From Amoebophrya sp. A120 (taxonomy: Eukaryota; Protista; Dinoflagellata): a stretch of DNA of 64,000 nt. The notes below the pieces were generated by a model. It worked only from the letters and a program-made list of their open reading frames with translations, was not told where the DNA came from and did not search any database. Positions within the stretch are counted from its first letter, which is position 1. Each line of letters opens with the position of its first letter. Of this stretch, positions 25,418 to 36,919 are shown piece after piece. The stretch is taken from positions 7,036,743 through 7,100,742 of the forward strand of contig CAJINV010000002.1 in NCBI GenBank assembly GCA_905178155.1, in the 5' to 3' direction. Made by a program: the position numbers and the translations under genes.

Positions 25418-28400
25418 ATGTCAAAAGGAGACAAAGCATCCAATCAGCACCTTTATGAATGTATCGTCAAACTACGCGACGCAGCAGCCCGAGAAGTAGA
25501 GGAAGTACCAGGTAAAGAACGAACAAGCTCTACAACGGCCTACTCCGACGTGGTCCCCGATAACTCGGACCACTCTGCATATGGAAGTGTCAGGAGCGAG
25601 ATTGACAAAGTCGAAAAATTTGTGATGCACAACATTGATGTCAGTTGGAGCCTCAGTTTCCAAGTGGCGCATGACAAATTTCGGGAGCACCCAAATCCAG
25701 CCTGTCATGCTGTTTGGGCAAAGAAGACTGCTCCTGTTATGCTACTCTGGCAGCGCATTTTGTTGCGCCCCTAAACGCTAAACAGGCTTGTAATCGGTCT
25801 CATTTGCCTGCTCCCCAATACAGGCCTTCAGTGCCCTATATTTTATGCATCACAAATTTTTCGATTTTGTCGATTTCGATCCTGACGCACCCACTCTGCA
25901 GCCAGTTCTTCACACCAGCAAGAAGTAGATCAACAACTCCACCTCGAGTTTTCCCAGAAACTTGTGATAAAAAGTAGCCCGGACGACGAAGATTTTTATC
26001 CTGCTCCGTTTGCACCGCCGGAGAGAACGGCAGGAGCTTCTTCAACCCTTAACAAAACAAGCAACAAAAGCACAGGCATGATCGTCCTTGCGGGCGATGT
26101 GGGTGGGACAAACACCCGCCTGCAGCTGACCGAGCACCTTGACAGCCCCTTCAAGTCGAAGTCTACGAGCGTTGGCGCGGCGCAAATCCAGGGTTTGCTG
26201 AGCCAGAGTCCCCGTTCGGTCTCCGAGTTCTCCTCGCACAGCCTCGCGGCGAGTTCGCACTTGAAGTACCAAAGCAACTACCGGAACTCGGTGCGGGTTC
26301 TGTTCGACCGACGGTATAAGGCCGCGGATTATATGGGGTTAGAAGAGATAATTATCAAATTCTACCAAATGTAAAAGTGTCTGGGTCTGGAAGAATGCAA
26401 CTTGTAATGCGTATTTCAGAACACAGAAAAGTCTCTCATGCATACGTAGCAAAAGCTCCCACTTTTTGCCAGCAAAATAGGGGACTTGTCATGCGGATTC
26501 GGCATTGCGGAAGGTTCTCGAAACCTGTGATGCCAGGGCTTCCATGCCAGACCTTCTGTGTCATGCAAAAACAGCATGACTCTTCCAGACCCAGACATTT
26601 TTACAGTTGATAAATTCCTGGCAGAAGCAAAACAACACTTCCAGACCAACGCGTCGGCTTCCCCGATGACCGCCGGCGCAGGGGCGAGTGCTTCTGGCAC
26701 GACCGGGGGCGCAACTACGACTTCTATGGCCGCTGCTGCAGCGAAGAGTACTAACCCCCGCGAGACCACCAACAGCAACAGCCCAAAACGAACGGGCAGC
26801 AATAGCAAAATAGCGTCTTCTACCGCGCCCCCAGCGATCAATGTCTCCGCGTGCTGCATTGCGGTCGCGGGGCCGGTGGTAAATGGCGAGGTGGAGTTCA
26901 CGAACTTGCCGTGGAATGTGCGAGAGGACGAGCTGGCGGAGTGTTTATCGTTAGAGCCCACCCGGGTGCGGCTCATTAACGATTTCGTCGCGAATGGGTA
27001 CGGGATTGAAACGCTGGAAATCCGGGCGGAAAAGACCTCTTCCAGCCCCCCCACGGTGGAAAAGGTGCTACGGGATAAGCCGGACGTGCTGTGTCTGCAG
27101 GAGCCGCTAAACGACCACTCGCTGGAATCGACCGCGAATTCGCCAATCGCCACGATCGGGGCAGGAACCGGATTGGGCTACGGAATTGTCGTGAGGGTAT
27201 ATAATTTGGCTCTAGTACTACGGAGCCGCCCGTGCGAGCTGTTCATGATCTGAGTTCTTACTTGCACGGATTTTCATTTTATTGCTCGAAAGTTTGTGGA
27301 CCTTGCACTTCATTCATTCTTTCACGTTTCATCGTCCTCTGCAACGTCGGTAGACACAATAGCTTTATTGGGTAGTTTTTTGGAGGATTTCTTCATAGCG
27401 ACTCTAACCTTCTCTCAGGATCCGGTGTCCGGCACAACCACCAACGTATACCCTTCAGAGGGTGGGTATGGAAGCGTCAGAATCGAAATTGACAAAATCG
27501 AAACGATTTGTCATGCATCAAATGGATTCCAGTTCGAACCCAGTTTCTAAGTGGCGCATGACAAATTCTGGTGGTGCCTGCATCCAGTTTGTCATGCTGT
27601 TTAGGCAAAGAAGACTGATTCTCTTATGCTGCTTTAGCAGCTCGAGCTATAACCCCAAACAGGCTTACAATCGGCCTCACTTGCCTGCTCTGCAACACAC
27701 GTATTTCGCGGCATGCATTTTATGCATCACAAATTTTTCGATTTTGTCAATTTCGATCCTGACAGTTCCATAGTGGGCACATGGATTTCGCCCCCGTGGA
27801 CGACGAGCAGTTAGGATTGTTTGCTTTTTTGAAGTATCAAATGTAAAAATGTCTGGGTCTGGAAGAATGCATTAGACAAGGAAAATCGCAGAAGTTCATC
27901 AAAAATCGAACACCCCCCTGCCCGGGGCTCCCGGGGAATATAGTTGATTTGTGTGGGCCCCAACCATCTTGCATCTCCCACCAGCGGAGCCCGCCCCGCC
28001 ATGCACTGTCGCTGGCAAGTGTGTCGCTTTTAGTTCTCACACCTGCGCATGTACTAGGCAAAACGCCCCCGACATTTGCTCTGCAGCCTTGCTCCGGTTC
28101 AAAGGCGCCCGCCTATGAGAGAACAACTCGAAGGGGTTTGAAGGTGGTGCGCTTTTGAAATGAGTCCCATTGTTCCGAAAACGTTCCCGGCCCCCGTTTC
28201 TTGTCCCGTCACAGCGCGGAACCCTTCCAGCCTGCCGCCTGAATCGCTCGCACAGCCCGGATAATGTAGAGCAGCGCCATCATATTCACCAGCAGAACCC
28301 CCCAGAGCGCCAGTAACAAACCAACAGCCGCCCAGTTTTTGTCCCCGCCCCGGCCCGGCTGCCGGAAGTGCCGGGCACCGGCGTCGCCGAAGGTGCCGCG

Positions 28401-30694
28401 CGCCTGTCGGAAGTCGGCGGCGAGGCCGCCCACGATGTCAGTGGCGTGGCCCGGTGCGATGCACTTTGAGCGCGCGGCCTCCGCACGATGGCCGGAGGCC
28501 GCCCGAACGTCTCGCCCCAGTCTGGAAAGTTTCCGGCAGAGGCAGAAGCGCGCGGCCTTTTGCCCGCCTTCGCTGCGATCGGTTTTTTTGCCCGGCGGCC
28601 GGGGCGGCGGCCGGTCCGAAGGGGGGCAGCTTGGCGAGCAACGGCTTGGCTCCGGGGCCGCCGGCGTTCTTGTTTCGCAAAAGCGAAAAAAGCTGCTTCC
28701 GCGGCCGCCGAGGGCCCCAGCCGGGCAGCCAAAGGGGCCCCCTTCTTTGCGAAAAAAAGCACCCCCAAAAAGCACCCCCCTTGGAAAGCCTTTCCCCCAC
28801 CTAAAACTGAAGAATTCCGCGCCCAAAAAAGTACCCCCCTAGAGCACCCCCCTGGGGGCCCCCCCCGACTTCGCCTTCGGACAAGAAATCCTCCCGACCT
28901 TCTCTTCTCGCCTTCTTCGCTTTACTGCCTTCGCGCCCGCTATGTCTTAAAGACAATCACACCCCAAGACACCCACGGCCGAGGGCCTTTAGGAGAAAGA
29001 ACGTCGCGCCGCCTGTTCTTCGCAGCCAAGGCGGGCGCAAGGCCGCGCGCTTTTGCATCTGCCAAGAACTTTCGACAACAGGAGACGGGACGGTCGGGGC
29101 GCCTCCGGTCATCGGGCGGAGGCCGCATCCGCAAAACGTATCGCATCGGCCCAGGCCAATGGCACCGCGGCCGGCCTTGCCGCCGATTTCCGACGGAGGC
29201 GCGGCGCTTTCGAAAGCGCATGCGCCCGGCGCGTCCGGCAACCGGGCCGGGGCTGGGACGCAGGCTGGGCGGGTGCCCGTTTGCTCCTGGCGCTTTGGGT
29301 GGTTCTGCTGGTGAATGTACTGGCGCTGCTTTACATATTTCGAGCTGCGCGAGAGATTCAAGTGAGAAAGTGGAAGCGCTCTGCCCTGCGACAGGACAAA
29401 AAATAGGACCCGGGAACGCTTTCGGAACAATGGCGCTGATTTCGAAAGCGCGCCATCTTCGAACCCCTTCGAGCTGTTCTGTCATAGGCGACCTCCTTTG
29501 AACCGGAGCAAGGCTGCAGAGCAAATGTTGGGATCGCGTCGGCTAGTACATGCGCAGGCGTGAGAACTAAAAGCGACACGCATGCCAGCGGCATGGGATG
29601 GCGGGGCGGGCTCCGCTGGGGGGAAATGCGCGATGGTTGGGGCCCACACAAATCAACTATATTCCCCGGGAGCCCCGGGCAGGGGGGTGCTCGATTTTTG
29701 ATGAACTTCTGCGATTTTCCTTGTCTGAATGCAACTTGTCATGCTAAATCTGAAGCATGCAAGAATCTGTGTTGCATGATTACCAAAAGTCGTCCAGTTT
29801 TGGCCAAGTCGGGAGGGAGTTTCTCATGCAGGATAGGCATGAGAGAGATCGCGCAGAATCTGTCACGCTAGGTCCTGCATTCCCGGCCTCATGGGTCATG
29901 GAAAAGCTGCATGACAAGTGAGTCGCGCACTCTTCCAGACTCAGACACTTCTGCATTTGATATGAAGAAGAAGCTGCACAGAGTCTCTGCGGAACGCGTC
30001 TGCTGCGGGCCAGGCATCGTGAACATTTACAAGTATGTCAGGGAAAATCCCCTGTATAACACGCCAGAAGATCCGTGTCTGAAGCGGGAGATGTGCAAGG
30101 TATACAGAAGTCACAAAATGAGATTATTTGATGTCATGCACCTGTGTTGACAGGATGATGTCGATGACTTGACGATGATATGTATAAAATGAATTGGATC
30201 CACCTCATGGCATTTTCTGATGAAAAGAAAAAAAAACAGGTTCGCGAAATTGATCAGCCTGCTCTGATTTTCGAATACGCAAAGAAAGGAGACCCAATGT
30301 GTCTGCGAACGCTCGACATATTCATAAAGGTGCGTTTATTTTCCAATTGAAATTTTTCTTTTTTGTTGAAGATGGTGTTGATGAGTATGCCTATGTTCGT
30401 CTTGTATCCCATCCATAAAAAATAAATCGAAATCCCTAAACAATCCAGGTGTATGGTACTATTGCCGGCAACTGGGCGCTCGCCACGGTACCAAAGCAGG
30501 GCCTCTTCATTCTTGGGGGTATCGGACCGAAGATGGCCAAGGAGCTCAGCGACGGCCGGTTCATTGACAAGTTTCGCGATAAAGGTCGCATGACCGGCGT
30601 AGTGCGGGACGTGCCGGTCTATTTGGTACTCAACGGCGATGTCGGGTTGCAGGGCGCTTCGGTGTACGCTGCCAGGTTGGTGTACGGGAGCTAA
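25418..30694 (+). CDS. glk: Glucokinase, bacterial Glk type (~591 aa, 7 introns)
   Basis: LAGDVGGTNTRL, IAVAGPV..FTNLPW, LINDFVANGYG, IGAGTGLG, PSEGG|HMDFAP, VSAERVCCGPG, LFILGGIGPK, DVGLQGA. Four introners and three GT-AG introns (27197-27418, 30100-30239, 30330-30448); spliced length 1776 nt. Confidence 0.92.
25580..25895. mobile_element. Introner, TIR family C
   Basis: TATGGAAGTGTCAGGAGCGAGATTGACAAAG...TTTTGTCGATTTCGATCCTGACGCACCCACT; DR CTGCA (extends to CCACTCTGCA); removal joins ORF 25418 to ORF 25964 in frame. Confidence 0.87.
26363..26612. mobile_element. Introner, family A
   Basis: TACCAAATGTAAAAGTGTCTGGGTCTGGAA...TTCCAGACCCAGACATTTTTACAGTTGATA; DR AATTC; removal gives IIIKF|LAEAK. 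Confidence 0.9.
27467..27772. mobile_element. Introner, family C
   Basis: TATGGAAGCGTCAGAATCGAAATTGACAAAATCGAAA...TTTCGATTTTGTCAATTTCGATCCTGACAGTTCCATA; DR GTGGG; splits the glucose-binding motif EGG|H. Confidence 0.93.
27835..29962. mobile_element. Introner, family A, expanded by a nested insertion
   Basis: TATCAAATGTAAAAATGTCTGGGTCTGGAA...TTCCAGACTCAGACACTTCTGCATTTGATA; DR TGAAG; removal gives LFAFLK|KKLHRVSAER. Confidence 0.9.
27874..29726. mobile_element. Non-autonomous foldback / long-TIR DNA element nested in the introner
   Basis: GC-rich; ~700-bp imperfect inverted arms (~27874-28578 and ~29020-29726) with ends AGACAAGGAAAATCGCAGAAGTTCATC / GATGAACTTCTGCGATTTTCCTTGTCT; flanked by duplicated GAATGCA; no recognisable transposase ORF. 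Confidence 0.85.
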
Positions 30695-32572
30695 AATATT
30701 CGTAGCGTCTTTGTTATTTCGTACACAGTTCGTGCTCTTCCAGGCTGTTTGATGTGTTTCTTTTGAAGCGACGAGATTAAAAGTGATGCTCCAGCGAGAG
30801 TGATTTTCCTTCTGTCTAAGAAGGCGGGTGTACTGGTTTGGTCTTGACTTTGACAGTATTTTCATCTCCTGATGAAGAATTGTCTATGTCTTCGGCAACA
30901 TACCGAGCGGAATCTCACCTGCTTTGCTTGGATGAGAGGAAGGTTTCTTCTGTACCTGCCTGCCAGGAAGAGAACTAAGTCCACGAAGAAGAACAAACTG
31001 CTTTAGCCCCTATACCCTCCCACCGTCACCCGGTGGGACAGGAACGCCGACCGCCAGTAGACCAACCAGCGGGCAGTTGCAGTACTCGGGAGCTGTCTAC
31101 CTGGGCGCAGCCGCTTCAGCGGATCAAATCTGATGAGCTCGTTTCGCTGCGGCTATTCGTATTCCGATTTTACTTTTCGAATTTTTGAAGCATTTGCCCA
31201 TGAAATACTGAAGACGAGCAAGAAAAACTACGTAAGTACCGATTTATTGCGCAAGATGAAGCATTAACCAAGATGAAACATCGAGATGAAAGGAAAATCT
31301 TGAAAACTGGGGAAGAAAAACAAAAAATCCATATGGAAAAAAAGTATATCCGTTTTGCATTAGCGCACCCCAGTAGAAGAAAAAACAATGTGTAAAATAC
31401 AATTTTCCCGAAAAAGTTGTCCCCTTCTTGATGTGGTGCTTGCCACCTGATCATTCAAATGTTCCATAAATTGGAATGGAATCAAGAGGAAGCGCTGCAT
31501 CGGGGGACTGTAAAAATCATTTCAACATCAACATCTTCCAATGAAAAAACAGTTGCACACACACGAATTCCGTAAACCGACGCGCATAATTTTGAGAAAC
31601 ACTTGGTGATAGTGATGATGAAGACATTCATCATAAGATCTCGTGTCCCACTGTAGCACCAGCTACCTGCAAGAGATGGATGAGCAAACGGGAATGTTGC
31701 GCAAGTGCAAGCTCGCGAAGAAGGAGCAGTTTTGCAACGTCGAAGAGCAGCACTGTTCCCATTTTAATTCAAAACCACGATCCACCGTCTTTTTGCTTTT
31801 TTTTCCTGAGGACGCCGTAGTATTTGCACTTGTACCTAGGACCACAAGAACGCGTACCAGGAGAGACTGCGAGATCATCAATTCTCGTATGTCGAGGCGA
31901 CTAGGAGTCATCTGGTCGCTCAGGAGCGGTCCGCAAGAACACTTACTTCCTCGATCGAAGAAGCTGATATCACAACGAGCAACAACATCGGTATATATGT
32001 CCTTGTCTCGAAGCAACAAGTAGATTGCTCTCGTCGGTCTGCACTACTTGGTTTTTTTCGGTATTTGTGCTCGAGGAGGCTCTTTTTCAGATGGCCGCCA
32101 ATTTGATTGGCAAGCGCTCGGATCATAGAGGCGATGCAGCACGAAGCAGTGCGACCAAACGGGGTAATAACACTTAAACAGCAGTACGAGGGGAGATTCG
32201 ATTGTACGTATCGTAATCAGCTATAGCGAAGTGTAAGAAAGTGCACTGCTTATGCTTTCACACAGTATCGTGTACCCTGTGTGTTAGGTTTTTTCGACAT
32301 GTGAATCGTGCGTGAAATCGTCAGAATCGCGGACGAGATGAAATAAACCATAAACTACACAAGAATCGTTTCCTACATCGCTCCCTCGCAGATCGCTCTA
32401 ATATTCCACCCAGGAAATTATAAAATCGGCAGTCGTATCTCGTCTGTTTATCGACATGTGAAATTTGGCGAATTCGACGAATCTCTACCGTGTAAGATAA
32501 AGAAAAAATCGCAAAACAACTAAGCAAGCACAGAGTTTGCACACATACAAAAAAAGAAGTTCAGGAACGATC

Positions 32573-34611
32573 ATGGGAGCCTCCTCGAGCAGTTCCGACG
32601 CGGCTCCATCCGGTGGAGCAGGACAGAGGGGCTCGAGGACCAGTAGAGATAGGCGTGGCGGCCAGTTGCCTGACCTGGCTCCCGATGCAACGATGATCAT
32701 CGACGACGGAACTGCTATCCCACCCGGGCAAGAAAGACAGAGTCAAGAACAAACCCGTCTTCTGCACAACGGGTACAACTACCTGGACGTACCAGGTGGA
32801 GCTCGATCTTCTTCGAGCGGCTACGATTACAACTTTGCGCAGACACAGCTGCAACAGCCTAGAATATTATCCGCAGACTCTCCCGTGAAGGAAATCCTGC
32901 CGGACCCGCGTCGGCTGCCCAAAAGACGGCCCCCGGCGGCACCCGCCGAGGATTCCTCGATTTTTGCCTGCTGCAGTTCGGATCCGTGTTGCGGGCCCGA
33001 CGAGCGACAGGACGAGATTCGACCAAGCCCGCAGAAGCGAATGGTGCGCCCGAAAGGAGGTGAGAGGTCATCATAATTAGTGTCTAGGCTCGCTTTATTC
33101 TCTCTTTTTCGTTGCCCTCCTGTATAACTGCTCTAATTTGAACTTGCAAATGCAGAGTTTGTCTTGGCGTTTGGGTTTGATAAAAAGAAAATGAAGGTCG
33201 TGCAACATCTAGAAACAAGAAGTCTCGATTTATGCAAAATATCACAATCCTCGATCGAAACAAGCTCAACAACCACCCTATTCCCATCTTCAGGTCCCCG
33301 CAGCTCCGGCTTCAACACGGGCACCTACGAAACCACCCACGACGCGGAACTGGCCGCGTTGATTATCCTGAGTAAAAACACCCCCACACCAGAGTCAAGA
33401 TGGTGATTTTGCAACACAAACCTAGAACTTTTGGGGGTCACGCATCACAAGTTGCAGTCCGTAGTGTAGTGCAGGTTCGCAAGGCCAGCTGCATCAGAAA
33501 TCCATCTGCTCATCCTGTTTACAGCGTTACAAATTCCAAAACACGACTAAAAATGCCTCTCCTGGCGATGCGCATTACAAATGTTTTCGTCATTGCAAAT
33601 CTGCATTACAACTCTGGTGTGGGTACGTTTTTACTCAGGATATTGATGGCGAGAAGTCCACCGCCGATGCCGAGGAGCAGTGTCCGGTTGGACAACTACC
33701 ACGTGTACAACGGGGAAAATGTGCTGTATGGATGTGTCAGGTTTGAAATCGTCAGAGTTGAAATAGTTTGTCATGCATAAAATGGATGCCAGTTGGAGCC
33801 CAGTTTTCAAGTGGCGCATGACAAGTTTTGGTGGTGCCTAAATCCAGTTTGTAATGCTGTTTGGGTAAGGAAGACGCCTTTTGTCATGCTACTTCAGCAG
33901 CTCTATTTCTACCCCTCAACAGGCTTGCAATATGCCTCCCTTGCCTACTGTGCAAGACAGGCGCTTTGCGGGTTGCATTTTATGCATCACAAATTATTTC
34001 AACTTTGACGATTTCAATCCTGACGCTTCCATATGCTGAACGAAGCGAGGAGGGAGAGCAACAGTCTGTCCAGCATGATAGAGAACTTCGTCAGCACGTC
34101 CGGCTCCGCGTCGGTCCCCGTCGGCCTCCGCGGCGGGTTGGACGTCCCCCCGCTGCTCTACCCCGGCACCTTTCACGACTACCGCGACACTTTGTCGCAG
34201 AGCAGAAAATCTACGTCGTTGTTGGGCGGAACAAGCTCGCCCGGAAATTCACCCCGAGGTGCGACAGTCATCCAGGAAATCTCTTTGAACAACTACGACG
34301 ACCAGAATTTCAACACCAACGACAGGTTACTCCGCTCGCAAAACAGCAGAAGTGCACTGGAGGATAAGAGGTTCTACAATTCCGGTGCGAACTACGCCGG
34401 GTATGGTAGTGGTGTCGTGATGGGCGGCGGTGCTGGTGGTAGCGTAGTTCTCCCCCCGCAAACCTCTCTGCCGGTGCCGCTGCAGGTTATCGACCAGGGG
34501 CCGTCGCTAGATCAGTACCAACGAGTCGGAGGGGGTAGCAGTGTCGTCAATGTGCAGCCCCCGCAGCCGCAAACGCCAGCTTCGCTGGTACGAGAACTTC
34601 TACAAAGTTAG
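32573..34611 (+). CDS. Protein of unknown function, possible N-myristoylation (MGASSS) and Cys cluster
   Basis: ORFs 32537, 33164, 33400 and 34033 join through one GT-AG intron (~33060-33292) and two introners. Confidence 0.65.
33364..33642. mobile_element. Introner, family D-like
   Basis: TATCCTGAGTAAAAACACCCCCACACCAGAGT...ACTCTGGTGTGGGTACGTTTTTACTCAGGATA; DR TTGAT; removal gives AELAALMARSPP. Confidence 0.88.
33727..34033. mobile_element. Introner, family C
   Basis: TATGGATGTGTCAGGTTTGAAATCGTCA...TGACGATTTCAATCCTGACGCTTCCATA; DR TGCTG; removal gives GENVL|NEARRES. Confidence 0.9.
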
Positions 34612-36919
34612 TTCTCACAATTTTTTAAGAAGTGACTGTGATACACGATACACGATAAACATCATCATGTGATACACTTTAGAGGAAGATCGAAGCGAGA
34701 CTAAACTCGATGAGGTTCATCTTTTTGTACAAAAATGAAAACAAAAATCGAATATACTCAGGTCGGCGGCTCCTACGCAGCAGCTTTCAGGGCGGTACCG
34801 TGAAGAATCAATATGGCCGGCGCCTAAGGAAATGAAAAGTCTTTACTGTTCCAGTCTGCCAATCCGTTCATTAAAGTAACGTATACAATAAGTCTTGTAC
34901 TATCCACTGCAGCCATGCTGCTTCTTCGTTAATACAGTCCTTATCCTTAATACCCAATTTTGTACACCCGTGGGCTTCTGGTCTTGAAAATCCATTGTAC
35001 GCACACGTTTGATCGTACTAGGACGCTTCTGTATCTAAGTCTAGCGATGAAATATGTCTTGTCTTTCGCACAACGAGGATGTGGATGACCATCCTGCATT
35101 CTGTCCCACCATCTGGATCGCAGTTGAGTCTGCCTTTTCAAATAGGCCTGTCATGATCTTCTACTAGAACCAAAATACCGTTTTTTCCGTTATTTTAACC
35201 ATATTTGTTCCAATTCACGAGGGTATGATTGGCGTTGGTTAAGTCGCAGATGAAGTGTTCGCGCGTTCACCTCAATAATTCAAATTCTTTTTTTTTTATG
35301 TCCTGGGTAGCGATCTGTGGGGAAAAACCCACTCGGTTATGGGTTCATTTTAGCATTTTTTTTCTGGTTCACCACAGGAACAAAAAAGATAGGCAACTGG
35401 AGAGAGAGCGAGGGGAAAGAAAGATGACTTTAGTCCATGAGAAAATGAAAGCTGGAAACGGATTTCAGTTGCACGATAATCATCTTCACCGTCAGCGTCT
35501 CCATCCTTGCATTTCTTTCGAGCAGCGGCTGCGGCATTGATGAAAGCATCCGCATCGAGGGTATAATTAGAAGCAGCAGCGGACAACTAAACAGGCGTTA
35601 CACTTTCAACAACTGCATCAGGGCTTCATGATTTCTAATTGACAGTTACCAGAACTACCTTCACAATCTTCACCTTCCTTGTTTTGAACTTCTTCAACCA
35701 AAAAAACGTCACAGGGCCCCCCGTATTGAACCAATATTCCGAAATCGTTTACCGACCTTATTGAAGTGAGAACCCTTTCTCAGTCAGATAGAGATATCGA
35801 TGAGAACAAACAGGCCTCACCCTAGTTTTGAAGATTTCACGCTTCGTGTGCAGCAGGAGGACGGTTATGAAAACCATGTAAGTATTAGAAGTGCTCTAGT
35901 AGAGGCAAAAGAATCTGGGAAAGAAGCGACAGCGAGTGGCGCCACGACGAGAATAAAACGAGAGTAAATTCTAAGTTAACCCCCGTATTTTTACTTGTTA
36001 CTCCAATCAACTTGACTTCCAAGAAGAGTTTTACTACTTTGGGAATAAACTTCCAGAGGTAAAAATGTTACATGGATGGTAGTTCATCTTGTACACGAGA
36101 TCATACGACAAGAGCATTTTTATACTTTTTTCAAGCCTTGTTAGGGGCACTGACAGTCTTCGTGTCGTTGCTTTATACCAACTTTGATAGTGTTGCACGG
36201 CTCTTGTTCTTATCCACTTTGATTTTGGCGGGTAGTGTAGTCGTAGTCAGATAGGAACAAAAAGGAAATGCGTTTAGGCTGAAAGTAGATCACATGACGT
36301 ATTGAGTATAGCTCCTTTACCTTTACGAGTACGTCGCTCTTTCACACGCATTTTTTGGGTGTTTTCTTTTTTATAATATACTTACAACGGCCGTGCGTTG
36401 CTGGTAGGTCTCACTGCTAGTAGCGTACGAGACCCCCAAAGAGAGATTTTTTTGTATTTGATAGACTTGGGGACCTGGTATTCAGGTCGTTCAAGCCTGC
36501 TGTAGAAAACTTTTGATTTTTTGAAAAGAAATTGAACGCCTTGCCTCCAGCGTCAAAACACCATCACACTGTAGAACGTACTAGGGGTTTTGTCTGCAAA
36601 ACGGATCATGGCCAGCACCTACTAGTGTGATTGAAGTTTCTGAATCGTCGAAGGGTGTCAAAGTATACCTTGTGCAGCCCGCACTGGAAGCAGGAACATC
36701 CAGGAAAAGGCGTAGTAGACGACGTCCATCTGCTTCTGAGTACAACATCTTTGGACAACTAGACCAGAACAACGCAAGCGGGGCCCCTGGCGCCAGCGGT
36801 ACCGCCGTCGTGCAGGCCGCGGCAAGAAACAATTACAGGGCAGTTGTTTCATCTTTGCTAACAGGCCCGGAGTAGCAGAGGAACTTCTGCTTTTCTACTC
36901 TTCTTGTCCTTCCACCAAC

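Noticed and set aside
28209-29524. ORFs inside the foldback element as a transposase
   Set aside because: GC-rich ORFs overlapping in all frames with no recognisable DDE or other motif.
33372-33638. Canonical GT-AG intron call
   Set aside because: The GT and AG lie inside a ~32-bp TIR with a perfect TTGAT DR, and using them would not join the two flanking reading frames. The introner boundaries do.
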